A stretch of 64,000 nucleotides of DNA, taken from NCBI RefSeq assembly GCF_006345805.1, contig NC_043000.1:18414001-18478000 (forward strand), read 5' to 3'. The notes below the pieces were generated by a model. That model saw only the letters and a program-made list of their open reading frames with translations, did not search any database and was not told the origin of the DNA. This document shows, in pieces, positions 1 to 12,240 of this stretch (within the stretch, counting starts at the first letter, position 1; every line of letters begins with the position of its first letter). Made by a program: the position numbers and the translations under genes. The DNA comes from Octopus sinensis. Taxonomy: Eukaryota.

Positions 1-16
1 GCATATACATTCAAAG

Positions 17-69
<53 letters not shown>

Positions 70-95
70 ACATATATACATACACACACACACGC

Positions 96-126
<31 letters not shown>

Positions 127-404
127 ATATATATACAGTAATGCTTTGATATGCAAGTTAATTTGGTCCTGGAGAACACTTGTAAAGCAAAACTCATAAA
201 GCAGACAAATAATTTCTCATAGTAGCCGTTATAAATTGTAATTCATTCCCAGAAAAATATTTTACTTTAAAAATTTATAATACTCATAAATAAATGGCAA
301 TAAAACAACAGTAGAATCTAAAGAACATTTTATGTAAAGTAAAAAGAATGCCAAGATCATTTGTAATAAAAAAAACATTATTATAATCGTTTTCTGAATC
401 ACTT

Positions 405-640
405 TCACTTGGCCTGAAGAGTCTTCTCAGGCACAGCAAACCACCAATGGTCTTGATCATTTGTCATTGCTTCTGTGAGACCCAACATCTGAAAATCCTG
501 CTCAACCACCTTGTCCCAGGCTTTCCTGGATCTACCTCTTCCACAGTTTCTCTGCACAGTTAGAGATTGGTACTTCACTATGCAGCTGTCTTCCTCCGTA
601 TACCTCACTTGATCATACCAGTGCAGTCTTATCCAAATAC
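405..640 (-). mobile_element. RTE-clade LINE, ORF C-terminal remnant
   Basis: RLHWYDQV...GRGRSRKAWDKVVEQDFQMLGLTEAMTNDQD resembles the RTE C-terminus and the copy at 63052-63267. Confidence 0.75.
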
Positions 641-664
641 ACACATACACATACTATAGGCAGT

Positions 665-685
665 GATAGATAAATAAATAGATAA

Positions 686-727
<42 letters not shown>

Positions 728-980
728 GGATGGATGGATGGATGGATGGATGGATGGATGGATAGATAGATAGATAGATAGGTGGATGGATGGATGGATG
801 GATGGATGGATGGATGGATGGATGGATAGATAGATAGATAGATAGGTGGATAGACAGATAGGTGGATGGATGGATGGATGGATGGATGGATGGATGGATT
901 GATGGATGGATGGATGGATGGATGGATGGATGGATGGATGGATGGATGGATGGATGGATGGATAGATAGATAGATAGATA
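665..980. repeat. Compound (GATA)n/(GGAT)n microsatellite
   Basis: Directly visible; source of spurious HPSI/YLSI ORFs. Confidence 0.95.
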
Positions 981-1282
981 TGAACCCTGACCACAAGGAA
1001 GACCCAGTCACTTATGCAAACTTGGAAAACTGAAATTTACAAAAATGGTTGTAATGTAACTGAGAAGTTTAAAGTCTATCATACATGCATATTGTATATG
1101 AATGAAAATTTGTATGTATGTATGATGTGTGTGTGTATTTATGTGTATGTATTTATGTGTGTGTATGTGTATGTGTATGTGTGTGTGTGTGTGAGTGTGT
1201 GTGAGTGTAAACTCTCAAGTCTACTATTACTGCCTCCCCCTGCACTTTGACACCCTTTCACCTCTGTTATCAATTATTCTGC

Positions 1283-1450
1283 TTTCACTCATGGTTCTTC
1301 ACTCATGTCTTCTATCACTCATGTTTCTGTGGCTCACTGCACTATCACTCATGTTTCTGTGGCTCACAACACTTTCACTCATGCCTCTGTGGCTCACAGC
1401 CCTATCACTCATGTTTCTGTGACTCGCAGCACTATCACTGATGTTTCACT
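1283..1450. repeat. 30-bp minisatellite, about 5-6 units
   Basis: TATCACTCATGTTTCTGTGGCTCACxGCAC at 1313, 1343, 1373, 1403 and 1433. Confidence 0.85.
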
Positions 1451-1466
1451 TGCTCTTATCTCTCTA

Positions 1467-2307
1467 CTAGCAGCATAGCCCGGCGTTGCCCAGGTATGTA
1501 AGAGCCCCTAGTAGGCAACGATTAATCCCAATCTAGTCCTTTCCCTCTAGGGAATGAAGGCACGTGTGTAGGTTGCAATGTCTTCTCTTCACTCGAATAC
1601 TTCTGTGTATACGATGTTCCTAGCTGTCCCTTTGGGCGAAAACATGAAAACATCATTGCGCCTCCCAAGAGAGTTAAAAAGGTCGAGTTGCGTCCCCTAG
1701 ACAGTCTGTGGTTTGTGTTTAATACACAAATCGGTTTGCTATGCGTGCCACATATGATTTAATTAACCGATTTTTTCCAGTAATAAAGTATCCTATCGGA
1801 ATAAAAAGGTCCATATAGCTCCTTAGAGCAGACATGATGCTCGCTGTGAATTAAAAAAAAAAATTCCTGCCAATTTGTGAAAGATATTGTCGAAAATATG
1901 TCATCTTGTATTTGAACGCGATTTCCCAAAATGGCATGATTTTATCGATTTTTTCTGATGGTAAGGTATTGCATGGAAAACTAATGTCAGAATTAAGTTT
2001 CTTAGGGTAACATTAAGCTTCACCATGAGTTTGGTGAAAATCGATTGCAAGTTGCGAAAACTACAACAGAAAATGTGTTCCATATAAAAAGCTTAGATTC
2101 TTGACCCCATGTCAAATTTATCGATTTTTTTTCAGAACAGGGGGAACTTTTCAAAATTTTCGCTGCGTTAGTTTTGAATTATGACATTGGGCTATGTGTG
2201 TGTCAAGTTTCATCAGAATTGGTTGAAAGCCGTGGTCAGGGTGAGGGTACAACCTGACAGACACACAGACACACAGACAGACAAACTGCCGTTTATATAT
2301 AGAGAGA
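1467..2307 (-). mobile_element. Non-autonomous Helitron, family A
   Basis: On the minus strand: 5' TC(TCTCTATATATAAACGGCAG), 3' hairpin CCTGG/CCCGG-GCAACG-CCGGG, CTAG end, inserted between A and T, no TSD; near-identical copy at 26600-27431. Confidence 0.82.
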
Positions 2308-3206
2308 TTACTCACTTAGCTTTACATTCACTCTTACTGAACATGGCTGCCAGTGAGACTAAGAACATGAAGAAGTTTGTGAATCTTTCCTTCTTGCTGC
2401 ACCATGCTTCCTACTTAACTGAATATGTCTTGAGACCTGTCTGGCCCTCTCCTCCCTCCAACAACTTTCTTTCCCTTTCATTCTAATTACTCTAACTCTC
2501 TCATTCATCCTGAGTCATATCTACCATTATCCCTTCTGCTCTTGGATTACCAGGCATTAACACCCATCATTTACTTCTACTACTTATCCACTCCTATTAC
2601 AAGCTCACCTCTTCTACCATTTTAAAAATTCCTTTCCCTATATTTCTACCATTATTCTCTTGTTTTCTTGCCTGACATGTCACCCTAAGTGAACACTTTA
2701 CTGAGTGATAGAGATTCTCAAGTTTTCAGGGTATATAACAACATCTCTTTTGTTGGTGAAACTATAAACCTACCCAGAATACTCTATAAAGTGGTCGGTG
2801 AGCAAACAGAAGTGGAACTGATTGGATCCTTTAGTCTTGTCAAAGATATGGTTACCTCTTTAGTGCTAGTGCCTTGAAAAAATGCACTTAGTGAACCTTG
2901 TGTCGTGTACTGAACGCCTAATCAATATATAACAAATGCTGTACATTTGATTAAATAATTAAAAACTGCCAGTCACATGGTGTGCACGAGTTTTATGTGA
3001 ATTTGTCTGTTTTTTTTTATTTTTATATATATTGTAATTAAAATTTTAGTAGGATTTTAGCCCACTCGTGTAAGATTCTAGTCATCTTTAATAGCTGTTA
3101 ATACTTGTACAATAAGAAATGATGACAACACGTGTGAACTAGTTTGCAGTTAGAGCCACTACTTCCCTGTACTGAGTGGTCACAACTCTTGTACTACAGA
3201 CATGTG

Positions 3207-3587
3207 TGGAGGCGCAATGGCCCAGTGGTTAGGGCAGCGGACTCACGGTCGTAGGATCGCGATTTTGATTCCCAGATCGGGCGTTGTGAGTGTTTATTGA
3301 GCGAAAACACCTAAAGCTCCACGAGGCTCCTGCAGGGGATTGTGGTGATCCCTGCTGTACTCTTTCACCACAACTTTCTCTTACTTCCTGTTTCTGTTGT
3401 ACCTGTATTTCAAAGGGCCGGCCTTGTCACTCTCTGTATCACGCTGAATATCCCCGAGAACTACATTAAGGGTACACGTGTCTGTGGAATGCTCAACCAC
3501 TTACACGTTAATTTCACGAGCAAGCTGTTCCGTTGATTCGGATCAACCGGAACCCTCATCATCGTAACCGACGGAGTGCTTCCATCC
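3207..3587 (+). mobile_element. tRNA-derived SINE family 3, full length
   Basis: A box TGGCCCAGTGG, B-box-like TTTGATTCC; 14-bp TSD ACTACAGACATGTG at 3193-3206 and 3588-3601. Confidence 0.88.
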
Positions 3588-3883
3588 ACTACAGACATGT
3601 GATTAAAATATTACTGGAGAGAATCCCAATAGAGATTCTTGAAGCAGAGCCAATCAGCTGAAAGACCTAGGGGTGGAACAAGAATGTGATGGTTGGATAA
3701 TACCCATAGTCTCAGTTGGTCGCTGTTTGGAATCCTGTTGGAAAATGTAATGATGGATGCTTCTGATTGGACCATATGGAGGAGGTGCCTGAAGAGAATG
3801 TCCTTACAACCTTCCCAGGAACAGCGGGCAGAGAAGATAGATGGATGGATGAATCTGTAAATCCAACTCTTTTGATGAAGTTA

Positions 3884-4276
3884 TCTCTCTATATATAAAG
3901 TTGAAGTTGTCTGTGTATGGCAGGTTTGATAGCCTTCAACTAACACTATCTCCTCCAAAACCCTGCGGCGCAAGTTGACCAAAATTGAGAGTATGATAGA
4001 AGAAGGCTTGCTCTTCCTTCCGTAGAAGAAAAAATTCAAATTGGACCATGTTAATACCAAAAATTATTTACTTCAAAAAGGTGCTTTTCTTTCTATGAAA
4101 ATCCCTATTTTTTACGATTTTTTTACTGCTGTGTCGCCATTTTTCGGTGTATTTCAACCAGAAAAATGTTCACATAAAGAGAATAACAAGCTACATAATG
4201 CAAAATTTTTACTTTTCACAAATTCCAATTCTAAAGGGTTGAAACAAACCCGAGCAACGCTGGGCGATACTGCTAG
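3884..4276 (+). mobile_element. Non-autonomous Helitron, family C
   Basis: A|TCTCTCTATATATAAAG start, CGAGCAACGCTGGGCGATACTGCTAG|T end; its 5' part recurs inverted at about 28330-28474. Confidence 0.78.
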
Positions 4277-4853
4277 TCTGTGAAAAAGGCTGAAAAATAT
4301 GCAATATAAGACTGTGAGGTTAGTAATACTATATACTATATAAGGTGTCTCAAAGGCACATGAGCTAACCACTTTGAAACTTAAGTATGAGTGACTGCGT
4401 GTCGAATTAGCTTGTAGTATTAGCGAGAGATTCAGTTTACATTGGAACATTTCCATTGTAAAGAAAGATACTTCTATTTTTTACCAACATGATGGTTCAG
4501 TTAACTGACTCAATGATAACATTATATCCACAAGTCCCTGTGGTATAATGCTTAGGCAATTTACTGAATTGGCCTGCATATAAAGATATGAGGTTAGTCT
4601 CAGATGAAAGTTTGGATGGGGTAACAAGAATGTACCACACACCCGAAATGCATATTTCCCCTCTTCTACTTCAGTAACCATTATACGCATATATTTTTGC
4701 AAAGGGGTAATCATATATGCACAAATGCATATAGATGCACTTTATGTATGTATCTACATGTATTTATATCTGTCTGTCTGTTTATCTCTCTGTCCATATA
4801 CATAATGCATATGCATTTATAATGTGGTATGTGTGTGTGTGTGTATTTATATT

Positions 4854-4885
<32 letters not shown>

Positions 4886-5030
4886 GCACACACCCACACA
4901 CATGCATGCACATACACAGACACATACATGCATATGTGTTTATGCATGTGTGTGTACATAAACGCATATATATGTATGCAGCTGTATGTGTATATATGCA
5001 TTAACACGAATACATACATACATACATACC

Positions 5031-5118
<88 letters not shown>

Positions 5119-5548
5119 TTCGTATATGTTTGTATGCGTGTTTATGCATACTTACATGTCTGCGTGTGCATAGATAATTACGCGTAATTAGATTTGTAAC
5201 TTTATACTGATAGCTGCTTTCAAGTTTACCAACATTATTCTCTATTTAACATTTGCCCACCCACCTAACACCCTACAGTGTTAGGTGAATGGGCAAATAT
5301 TTCTGAATCTTTGTACACTTTAAAATATGTATTGCAGAAACCTAGTTTCTAAAACTTAAATCACAAGAGAGAAACGTTCTTATATGCTTTACCTTTTACA
5401 CATAGTGAACGGAATAAGGGAAGTTATAAGAATCATATCAAATAAAATAAATAAAATTTATATGTGGCGGTGCCCCAGCAAATGGCGGTGCCCCAGCATG
5501 GCCACAGCTCATAAGCTGAAACTAGAATCAATCAATCAATCAATCATA

Positions 5549-5723
5549 TAAAGCACCTACTACACTCATGGAGTGGTTGGCGTTAGGAAGGGCATCCAGC
5601 TGTAGAAACACTGCCAGATCAGGTTGGAGCCTGGTGCAGCCTCCTGGCTTCCCAGACCTCAGTTGAACCGTCCAACCCATGCTAGCATGGAAAATGGACA
5701 TTAAACGATGATGATGATGATGA

Positions 5724-5726
<3 letters not shown>
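5549..5726 (+). mobile_element. 5'-truncated RTE 3'-UTR copy (or tail-sharing SINE) with (GAT)n tail
   Basis: Matches the 3' end of the LINE at 62550-64000; other copies at about 12790-12890(+), 14378-14690(-), 59350-59510(+), 59592-59782(-) and 60619-60745(-). Confidence 0.75.
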
Positions 5727-5797
<71 letters not shown>

Positions 5798-6190
5798 GGC
5801 ACAGGAGTGGCTGTGTGGTAAGTAGCTTGCTAACCAACCACATGGTTCCGGGTTCAGTCCCACTGCGTGGCATCTTGGGCAAGTGTCTTCTGCTATAGCC
5901 CCAGGCCGACTAATGCCTTGTGAGTGGATTTGGTAGACAGAAACTGAAAGAAGCCTGTCGTATATATATGTATGCGTGTGTTTGTGTGTCTGTGTTTGTC
6001 CCCCAAGCATTGCTTGACAACCGATGCTGGTGTGTTTACATCCCCGTTACTTAGCGGTTCGGCAAAAGAGACTGATAGAATGAGTACTGGGCTTACAAAG
6101 AATAAGACCTGGGGTCGATTTGCTCAACTAAAGGCGGTGCTCCAGCATGGCCGCAGTCAAATGACTGAAACAAGTAAAAGAGTAAAAGAG
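5798..6190 (+). mobile_element. tRNA-derived CORE-type SINE (octopus OR-like), family 1
   Basis: tRNA-like head TGGCTGTGTGGTAAG...GGTTCAGTCCC, CORE-like ATCTTGGGCAAGTG, internal (TA)n/(TG)n, GTAAAAGA tail; family name from recall. Confidence 0.85.
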
Positions 6191-6226
<36 letters not shown>

Positions 6227-6759
6227 ATATATACATCAGCTGTCCATCTGTCTGTCTGTCTCTCTGTCTGTCTGCCTATCTCTCTATCTAGCCATCTATC
6301 TATTTATATTATATATATTATATATATTAAGCATGTACACTAGTGTGTGTGTGTTATAAGTTATAGTACTCTTTCTATATATATATATAATGTTTTATGC
6401 TGACCTTTTCCTTTTAAACTTTCATGTTGTGTTGGTACATTAATAATTCCATAATGGTCGTCAAATTAACAATAACATGGAAATTCACTCTGTGTAAATA
6501 TTAAAACATATTCTATAAATGGCTATGTGCTGTTTTAGTTAAGTTGAACTCTGAAGAAAACTGAGAAAATGGTTCATAGCTATACAGTTGGATTCATATT
6601 CATGCTGGTAATTGATAACAATAAAATGGGTATTGCAGTCTGAGGCTAAATGTGTTTTAGGTGCTAAAACTAATGTGCACTGAGGTAAGTTGTGTAGGGG
6701 GTAAGTATTACACTCACATGTATAACCTAGCTGCTTGCCTGCCTACCTGCCTGTCTACA

Positions 6760-7090
6760 TGTATGTATGTATGTATGTATGTATGTATGTATGTATGTAT
6801 GTATGTATGTATGTATGTATGTATGTTTGTATGTATGTATGTATGTTTGTATGTATGTATGTATGTATGAATGTATGTAGTATGTATGTAGTATGTTTGT
6901 ATGTATGTATGTATGTATGTATGTATGTAGTATGTTTGTATGTATGTATGTATGTGTGTGTGTATGTGTGTGTGTATGTATGTATGTATGTATGTATGTA
7001 TGTATGTATGTATGTATGTATGTATGTATGTATGTATGTATGTATTAATGTATTAATGTGTGTGTTTGTGTGTGTGTGTGTGTGTGTATT
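6760..7090. repeat. (TATG)n/(TG)n microsatellite
   Basis: Directly visible. Confidence 0.95.
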
Positions 7091-7144
7091 AATCAATGAA
7101 ATTCCAACTAAGTCTGTTTTCTGCATTTTTTATTTATTTATGCT

Positions 7145-7460
7145 CCCTTTTCAAGCCTAGCCAGGCATATGGGCCCGGTTTTCCATTTCTGTGGCATATG
7201 TGGTCCCCCCAGCTGGACGGGACACCAGTCCATCGCAGCGTTACTCAACAAGCAGGAAGAGAGAGTGAGAGAAAGTTGTGGCGAGAGAATACAACAGTTG
7301 TCACCACCACCTCGTGCCGGAGCCTCGTGGAGCTTTTAGGTGTTTGCGCTCAATAAACACACACAACGCCCAGTCTGGGAATCGAAATCACGATCCTCTG
7401 ACCGCAAGTCCTCTGACCGCAAGTCCTCTGCCCTAACCACTGGGCCATTGCGCTTCCACT
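7145..7460 (-). mobile_element. SINE family 3 head and body with an alternative 3' tail
   Basis: Head as in 3207-3587, with a tandem duplication of about 15 bp (CTCTGACCGCAAGTC); the 3' part is replaced by GCGATGGACTGGTGTCCCGTCCAG...CCCATATGCCTGGCTAGG. Confidence 0.75.
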
Positions 7461-7466
7461 TCCACA

Positions 7467-7735
7467 TTTTATTATTTGTAATTTTTACAATTTTAAAATA
7501 TTGAAATAAACTAGTGCTTTCATGCCTTTTGCAATCATCAGGGTTATGTAGTGACAGTTGCGGTCTACAGTTGACAACAGTTGTCAATCGGATTTATTTT
7601 ACTCTCTATATTTCTATCTCACAGTTACCAACCGTGGAACATGACTGTCAATACATAAACCTGATGATTGCAAAACGCATGCAAGCACTAGTTTATTTCA
7701 ATATTGTAAAATTGTAACAATTGCAAATAATAAAA
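7467..7735. repeat. Fold-back / MITE-like inverted repeat, arms of about 90 bp
   Basis: 7467-7557 is an imperfect reverse complement of 7645-7735. Confidence 0.8.
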
Positions 7736-7804
7736 CCTGGAAAACAGACTCAGTTGGAATTTCATTGATTAATACATTCTTCTATACACAGTCATACAAG
7801 CTAG

Positions 7805-7860
<56 letters not shown>

Positions 7861-7869
7861 ATATATACA

Positions 7870-8105
7870 TATTTATGTATGTGTGTACTTTGTATCTGAG
7901 TTTGTTCCCTCGCCATTGCTTGAGAACCGATATTGGTGTGTTTGTATCCCTGTAACTTAGCAGTTTGGCAAGAGACTGATAGAATAAGTACTAGACATAC
8001 AAAGAATATGTCCTGGGGTTGATTTGCTTGACTAAAACCCTTTAAGGGGGTGTTCCAGCACGGCCCGCAGTCAAATGACTGAAACAAGAAAAGAAAGAGT
8101 AAAAG
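7870..8105 (+). mobile_element. SINE family 1, 3' half
   Basis: Matches the 3' half of 5798-6190. Confidence 0.75.
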
Positions 8106-8113
8106 AACATATA

Positions 8114-8142
<29 letters not shown>

Positions 8143-8144
<2 letters not shown>

Positions 8145-9632
8145 ATACATGTGTATACATTGTATATGTGTATGTATGTGTATAGTACTTGGATTCTATT
8201 GAAAGCCAGACCTCACTTTCACTCCCATGACATTCTGATAAATGGTTCACTCCAAAACATTTATCGTTTAACCTCCTCTCATTTGTGTACAGGTTCACTT
8301 CTTTGTGAGGTGATGGTGGCAGTGGGGTAGATAGCATGGTGGTGGTGGTGGTGGTGGTGTTGCCTGTGTTGGTGGGAGTACTTTAGTAGTAGTAGAGGTG
8401 GTAGTGGTGGTGATGAATGATGTGGTGGTGGAGGTGATGAGTGGTGGCCATGTGATGGTAGGGTTATGGGTGAATTTCAGGGTCACACAGATTGAATTTC
8501 TAAAGAACTCAGGCTGCTTTTGGTAGAACAGAGAGGTGGTAGGGGCCTCTCTTCTTCTCTCTCTCTCTCTCTCTCACTTTCTCTCACTTTCACTCTCTTT
8601 CTGAATGTCTGCTTGTCTGTCTATCTGTCTCTCTTTGTCTCTCTATCTCTGTCTGTCTGTCTCTCTCTCTTCTCCTCCCTTCTCTCTCTCTCTCTCAATC
8701 TCTGCCAGTCTTTGCAGATTCAGATGCTGTGGTGGTAAAAGTGCACTTGCTTATGTTGTTAATTCTGTGTAAGGATTAACAAATTGATGCCTTTTTTGTC
8801 ATTGAGTAACTGTCGATGTCTTTCTGCAGTCATGCATGTAAGTGCATGCATATGTGCGTGCATGTGTGTGTGTGGTGTGTGTGTGTGTGTGTATACATGT
8901 GTATACATTGTATATGTGTATGTGTATAGTACTGGATTCTATTGAAAGCCAGACCTCACTTTCACTCCATGACATTCTGATAAATAAATGGTTCACTCCA
9001 AAACATTTATCGTTTAACCTCCTCTCATTTGTGTACAGGTTCACTTCTTTGTGAGGTGATGGTGGCAGTGGGGTAGATAGCATGGTGGTGGTGGTGGTGG
9101 TGGTGGTGGTGGTGTTGGCTGTGTTGGTGGGAGTACTTTAGTAGTAGTAGAGGTGGTAGTGGTGGTGATGAATGATGTGGTGGTGGAGGTGATGAGTGGT
9201 GGCCATGTGATGGTAGGGTTATGGGTGAATTTCAGGGTCACACAGATTGAATTCTAAAGAACTCAGGCTGCTTTTGGTAGAACAGAGAGGTGGTAGGGGC
9301 CTCTCTTCTTCTCTCTCTCTCTCTCTCTCACTTTCTCTCACTTTCACTCTCTTTCTGAATGTATGCTTGTCTGTCTATCTGTCTCTCTTTGTCTCTCTAT
9401 CTCTGTCTGTCTGTCTCTCTCTCTTCTCCTCCCTTCTCTCTCTCTCTCTCTCAATCTCTGCCAGTCTTTGCAGATTCAGATGCTGTGGTGGTAAAAGTGC
9501 ACTTGCTTATGTTGTTAATTCTGTGTAAGGATTAACAAATTGATGCCTTTTTTGTCATTGAGTAACTGTCGATGTCTTTCTGCAGTCATGCATGTAAGTG
9601 CATGCATATGTGCGTGCATGTGTGTGTGTGTG
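8143..9632. repeat. Tandem duplication of a unit of about 748 bp
   Basis: 8143-8890 and 8891-9632 are nearly identical, differing mostly by 1-4 bp indels. Confidence 0.9.
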
Positions 9633-9639
9633 TATGCAT

Positions 9640-9869
9640 GTGTGTGTTTGCATGTATGTATTTATGTATGCTTGTATGTATGTAAGTATATATATATATT
9701 TACATATGCATGTATGTATATACAATATGTATATATGCATGTATGTATATATGTATGTATATACAATATGTATATACGCATGTATGTATATATGTATGTA
9801 TGTATGTATGTATGCATGCATGCATGCATGTATGTATGTATGTACGTATGTATGTATGTATGTATGTAG

Positions 9870-9900
<31 letters not shown>

Positions 9901-10075
9901 TGTAGATATGTACATATGCATGTATGTATATACAATATGTATATATGCATGTATGTATATATGTATGTATGTATGCATGCATGCATGCATGCATGTATGT
10001 ATGTATGTACGTATGTATGTATGTATGTATGTATGTAGATATGTATATATGTATGTATGTATATGTGCATGCATG
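9640..10075. repeat. (TATG)/(CATG) compound microsatellite
   Basis: Directly visible. Confidence 0.9.
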
Positions 10076-10856
10076 TAAAACAATATGTATTTTTTAAAAA
10101 ATTAAAATAAGTTGGTAGAAATAACTCAGAATGCTCTGCCACATGAATGTGAACAATAAAAATGAATTAAAGAATATAAAATAGTATACAAGATAAATTC
10201 TTGATTTATCGAAAGTATTTTGCGTTTCAGAGTAGAGTAAACAAATGCTTTGTGGCAACTGTGACCAACTTTAAAAGAGAAGGGGAGATAACCTCAAAAG
10301 CAAGAATTCTCTGAAACTGACATACCATTAAGGAAGAAAAAAAGACACTTGTCCAAGATGCCACACAGTGGGACTGAACCCGGAACCATGTGGTTGGTTA
10401 GCAAGCTACTTACCACACAGCCACTCCTGTGCCTATATAATCATCTGAAGAGAAGAATTATCAAAATAATTGCTTCTAAAGTGCTAACGGCGAAAATGGT
10501 ACTCAACCTTTTCTTCGACATAAAAAACACACGAAGATTTCATTGTCAGAGCTAAAGTGTGTACTTCTAGACACAAAGGAACGAAAACCTTTCTATTGGC
10601 GCTGCTGATAGAAGCATCACATGACAAAAAATCCACAATTAGGTCTTTGACAGGTCACAGAGGGCGCTTGCTAATCAATTCCAAGCAGAAGTATGTAGTT
10701 TTTATTTGGTAGCACTTTGCACGAGTGTTTGGGAACAATGTCTGATCGAAGACGGCTTTCAGCACCTTCCGATAACAGTAGCTGCAATATTGTTTCTGCC
10801 TCAATAAGTATTATTAGCACAGCAGTTGTCCTACTTTGAATCCAGCAACTGAGATA

Positions 10857-11018
10857 GGTGCAGGAGTGGCTGTGTGGTAAGTAGCTTGCTAACCAACCAC
10901 ATGGTTCCGGGTTCAGTCCCACTGCGTGGCATCTTGGGCAAGTGTCTTCTACTATAGCCCCGGGCCGACCAATGCCTTGTGAGTGGATTTGGTAGACGGA
11001 AACTGAAAGAAGCCTGTC

Positions 11019-11070
<52 letters not shown>

Positions 11071-11277
11071 TTGTGTGTCTGTGTTTGTTCCCCTAGCATT
11101 GCTTGACAACCGATGCTGGTGTGTTTACGTCCCCGTCATTTAGCGGTTCGGCAAAAAGAGACCAATAGAATAAGTACTGGGCTTACAAAAAGAATAACTC
11201 CCGGGGTCGAGTTGCTCGACTAAAGGTGGTGCTCCAGCATGGCCGCAGTCAAATGACTGAAACAAGTAAAAGAGAGT
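10857..11277 (+). mobile_element. SINE family 1, full length
   Basis: Same structure as 5798-6190; an inverted head fragment lies at 10345-10432. Confidence 0.88.
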
Positions 11278-11549
11278 AATGAGAGAGAGATTGGTAGACA
11301 TGCAAAAAAGAAGGAAGCATTTACGATTTAAGATTCCCATAGCATTACAGCAATACTTCTGGATGGTTGAAGAACTGAACACAAAATTGGTTAGCATTTC
11401 CAATCAATGTTTTGGTGTTTGCTCTTCAAAATATCTCTTCTTAACATTGCTGAATCTAAGTAAATGGCAAAGAATTTGACAGGATTCCATTGGAGATCAA
11501 ACAACACAGAGAAATCTGATGAGATGTCAACTGACACAGATGAATTCTT

Positions 11550-12240
11550 AGTATTCTTTCTTCCTCCCCTCTTTTTTCTTTGTTTCATTCTTTCTTTCTT
11601 TCTTTCTTTCTTTTGTTCTTTCTTTCTTTTGCTCCTCTTCCTTCATCCCTCCCTAATCCTCTCTTTCTTCCTTCTTTCCTTCCTCCCCTCCTTCTTTCTT
11701 TTCCTTTCTTTCTTTCGTTCTTCCTTCCATCCTTCCTTCCTCTCTCTCCCCTCTCTTCCTTCCTTCCTTCCTCCCTTCCTTCTTTCCTTCCTTCCTCTCC
11801 TCCTTCTTTTCTTCCTTCCTTCCTTCCTCTCTCTTCCTTCCTTCCTTTGTTCCTTCCTTCCTTCCTTCCTTTGTTCCTTGCTTTGTTCCTTCCTCTCTCT
11901 CCCCTCCCCTCCTTCCTTCCTCCCCTCCTTCCTTCCTTCCTTCCTTCCTTCCTTTCTTCCTTCCTTCCTTTCTTTCTATCTTTCTATCTTTCTCTCTTTC
12001 TTTCTTTCTTTTGCTCCTCTTCCTTCATCCCTCCCTCCCCCTCTCTTTCTTCCTTCTTTCCTTCCTCCCCTCCTTCTTTCTTTTCCTTTCTTTCTTTCTT
12101 TCGTTCTTCCTTCCTCTCTCTCCCCTCTCTTCCTTCCTTCCTTCCTTCCTCCCATCCTCCCCTCCCCCACTCCTTCCTTCCTCCCCTCCTTCTTTCTTTT
12201 CCTTTCTTCCTTCCTTTCTTTCTTTCTTTCTTTCTTTCTC
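11550..12240. repeat. Polypyrimidine (CTTC/CTTT/CCT) low-complexity tract of about 690 bp with an internal duplicated block
   Basis: Almost purine-free on +; about 11600-11760 recurs at about 12000-12150. Confidence 0.92.

Noticed and set aside
3207-3280. tRNA gene calls at SINE heads (also 46842, 49260, 5798)
   Set aside because: They have A/B boxes but no complete cloverleaf, and they continue into SINE bodies with TSDs
4497-4585. Minus-strand candidate exon ANSVNCLSIIPQGLVDIMLSLSQLTEPSCW (and a candidate at 11390-11462)
   Set aside because: Splice sites are plausible, but there are no partner exons or recognisable protein, and it conflicts with the + strand candidates
613-10142. Many HPSI, YVCM, IHTY and poly-His/poly-Val ORFs (also 12313-12907)
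   Set aside because: Microsatellite translations
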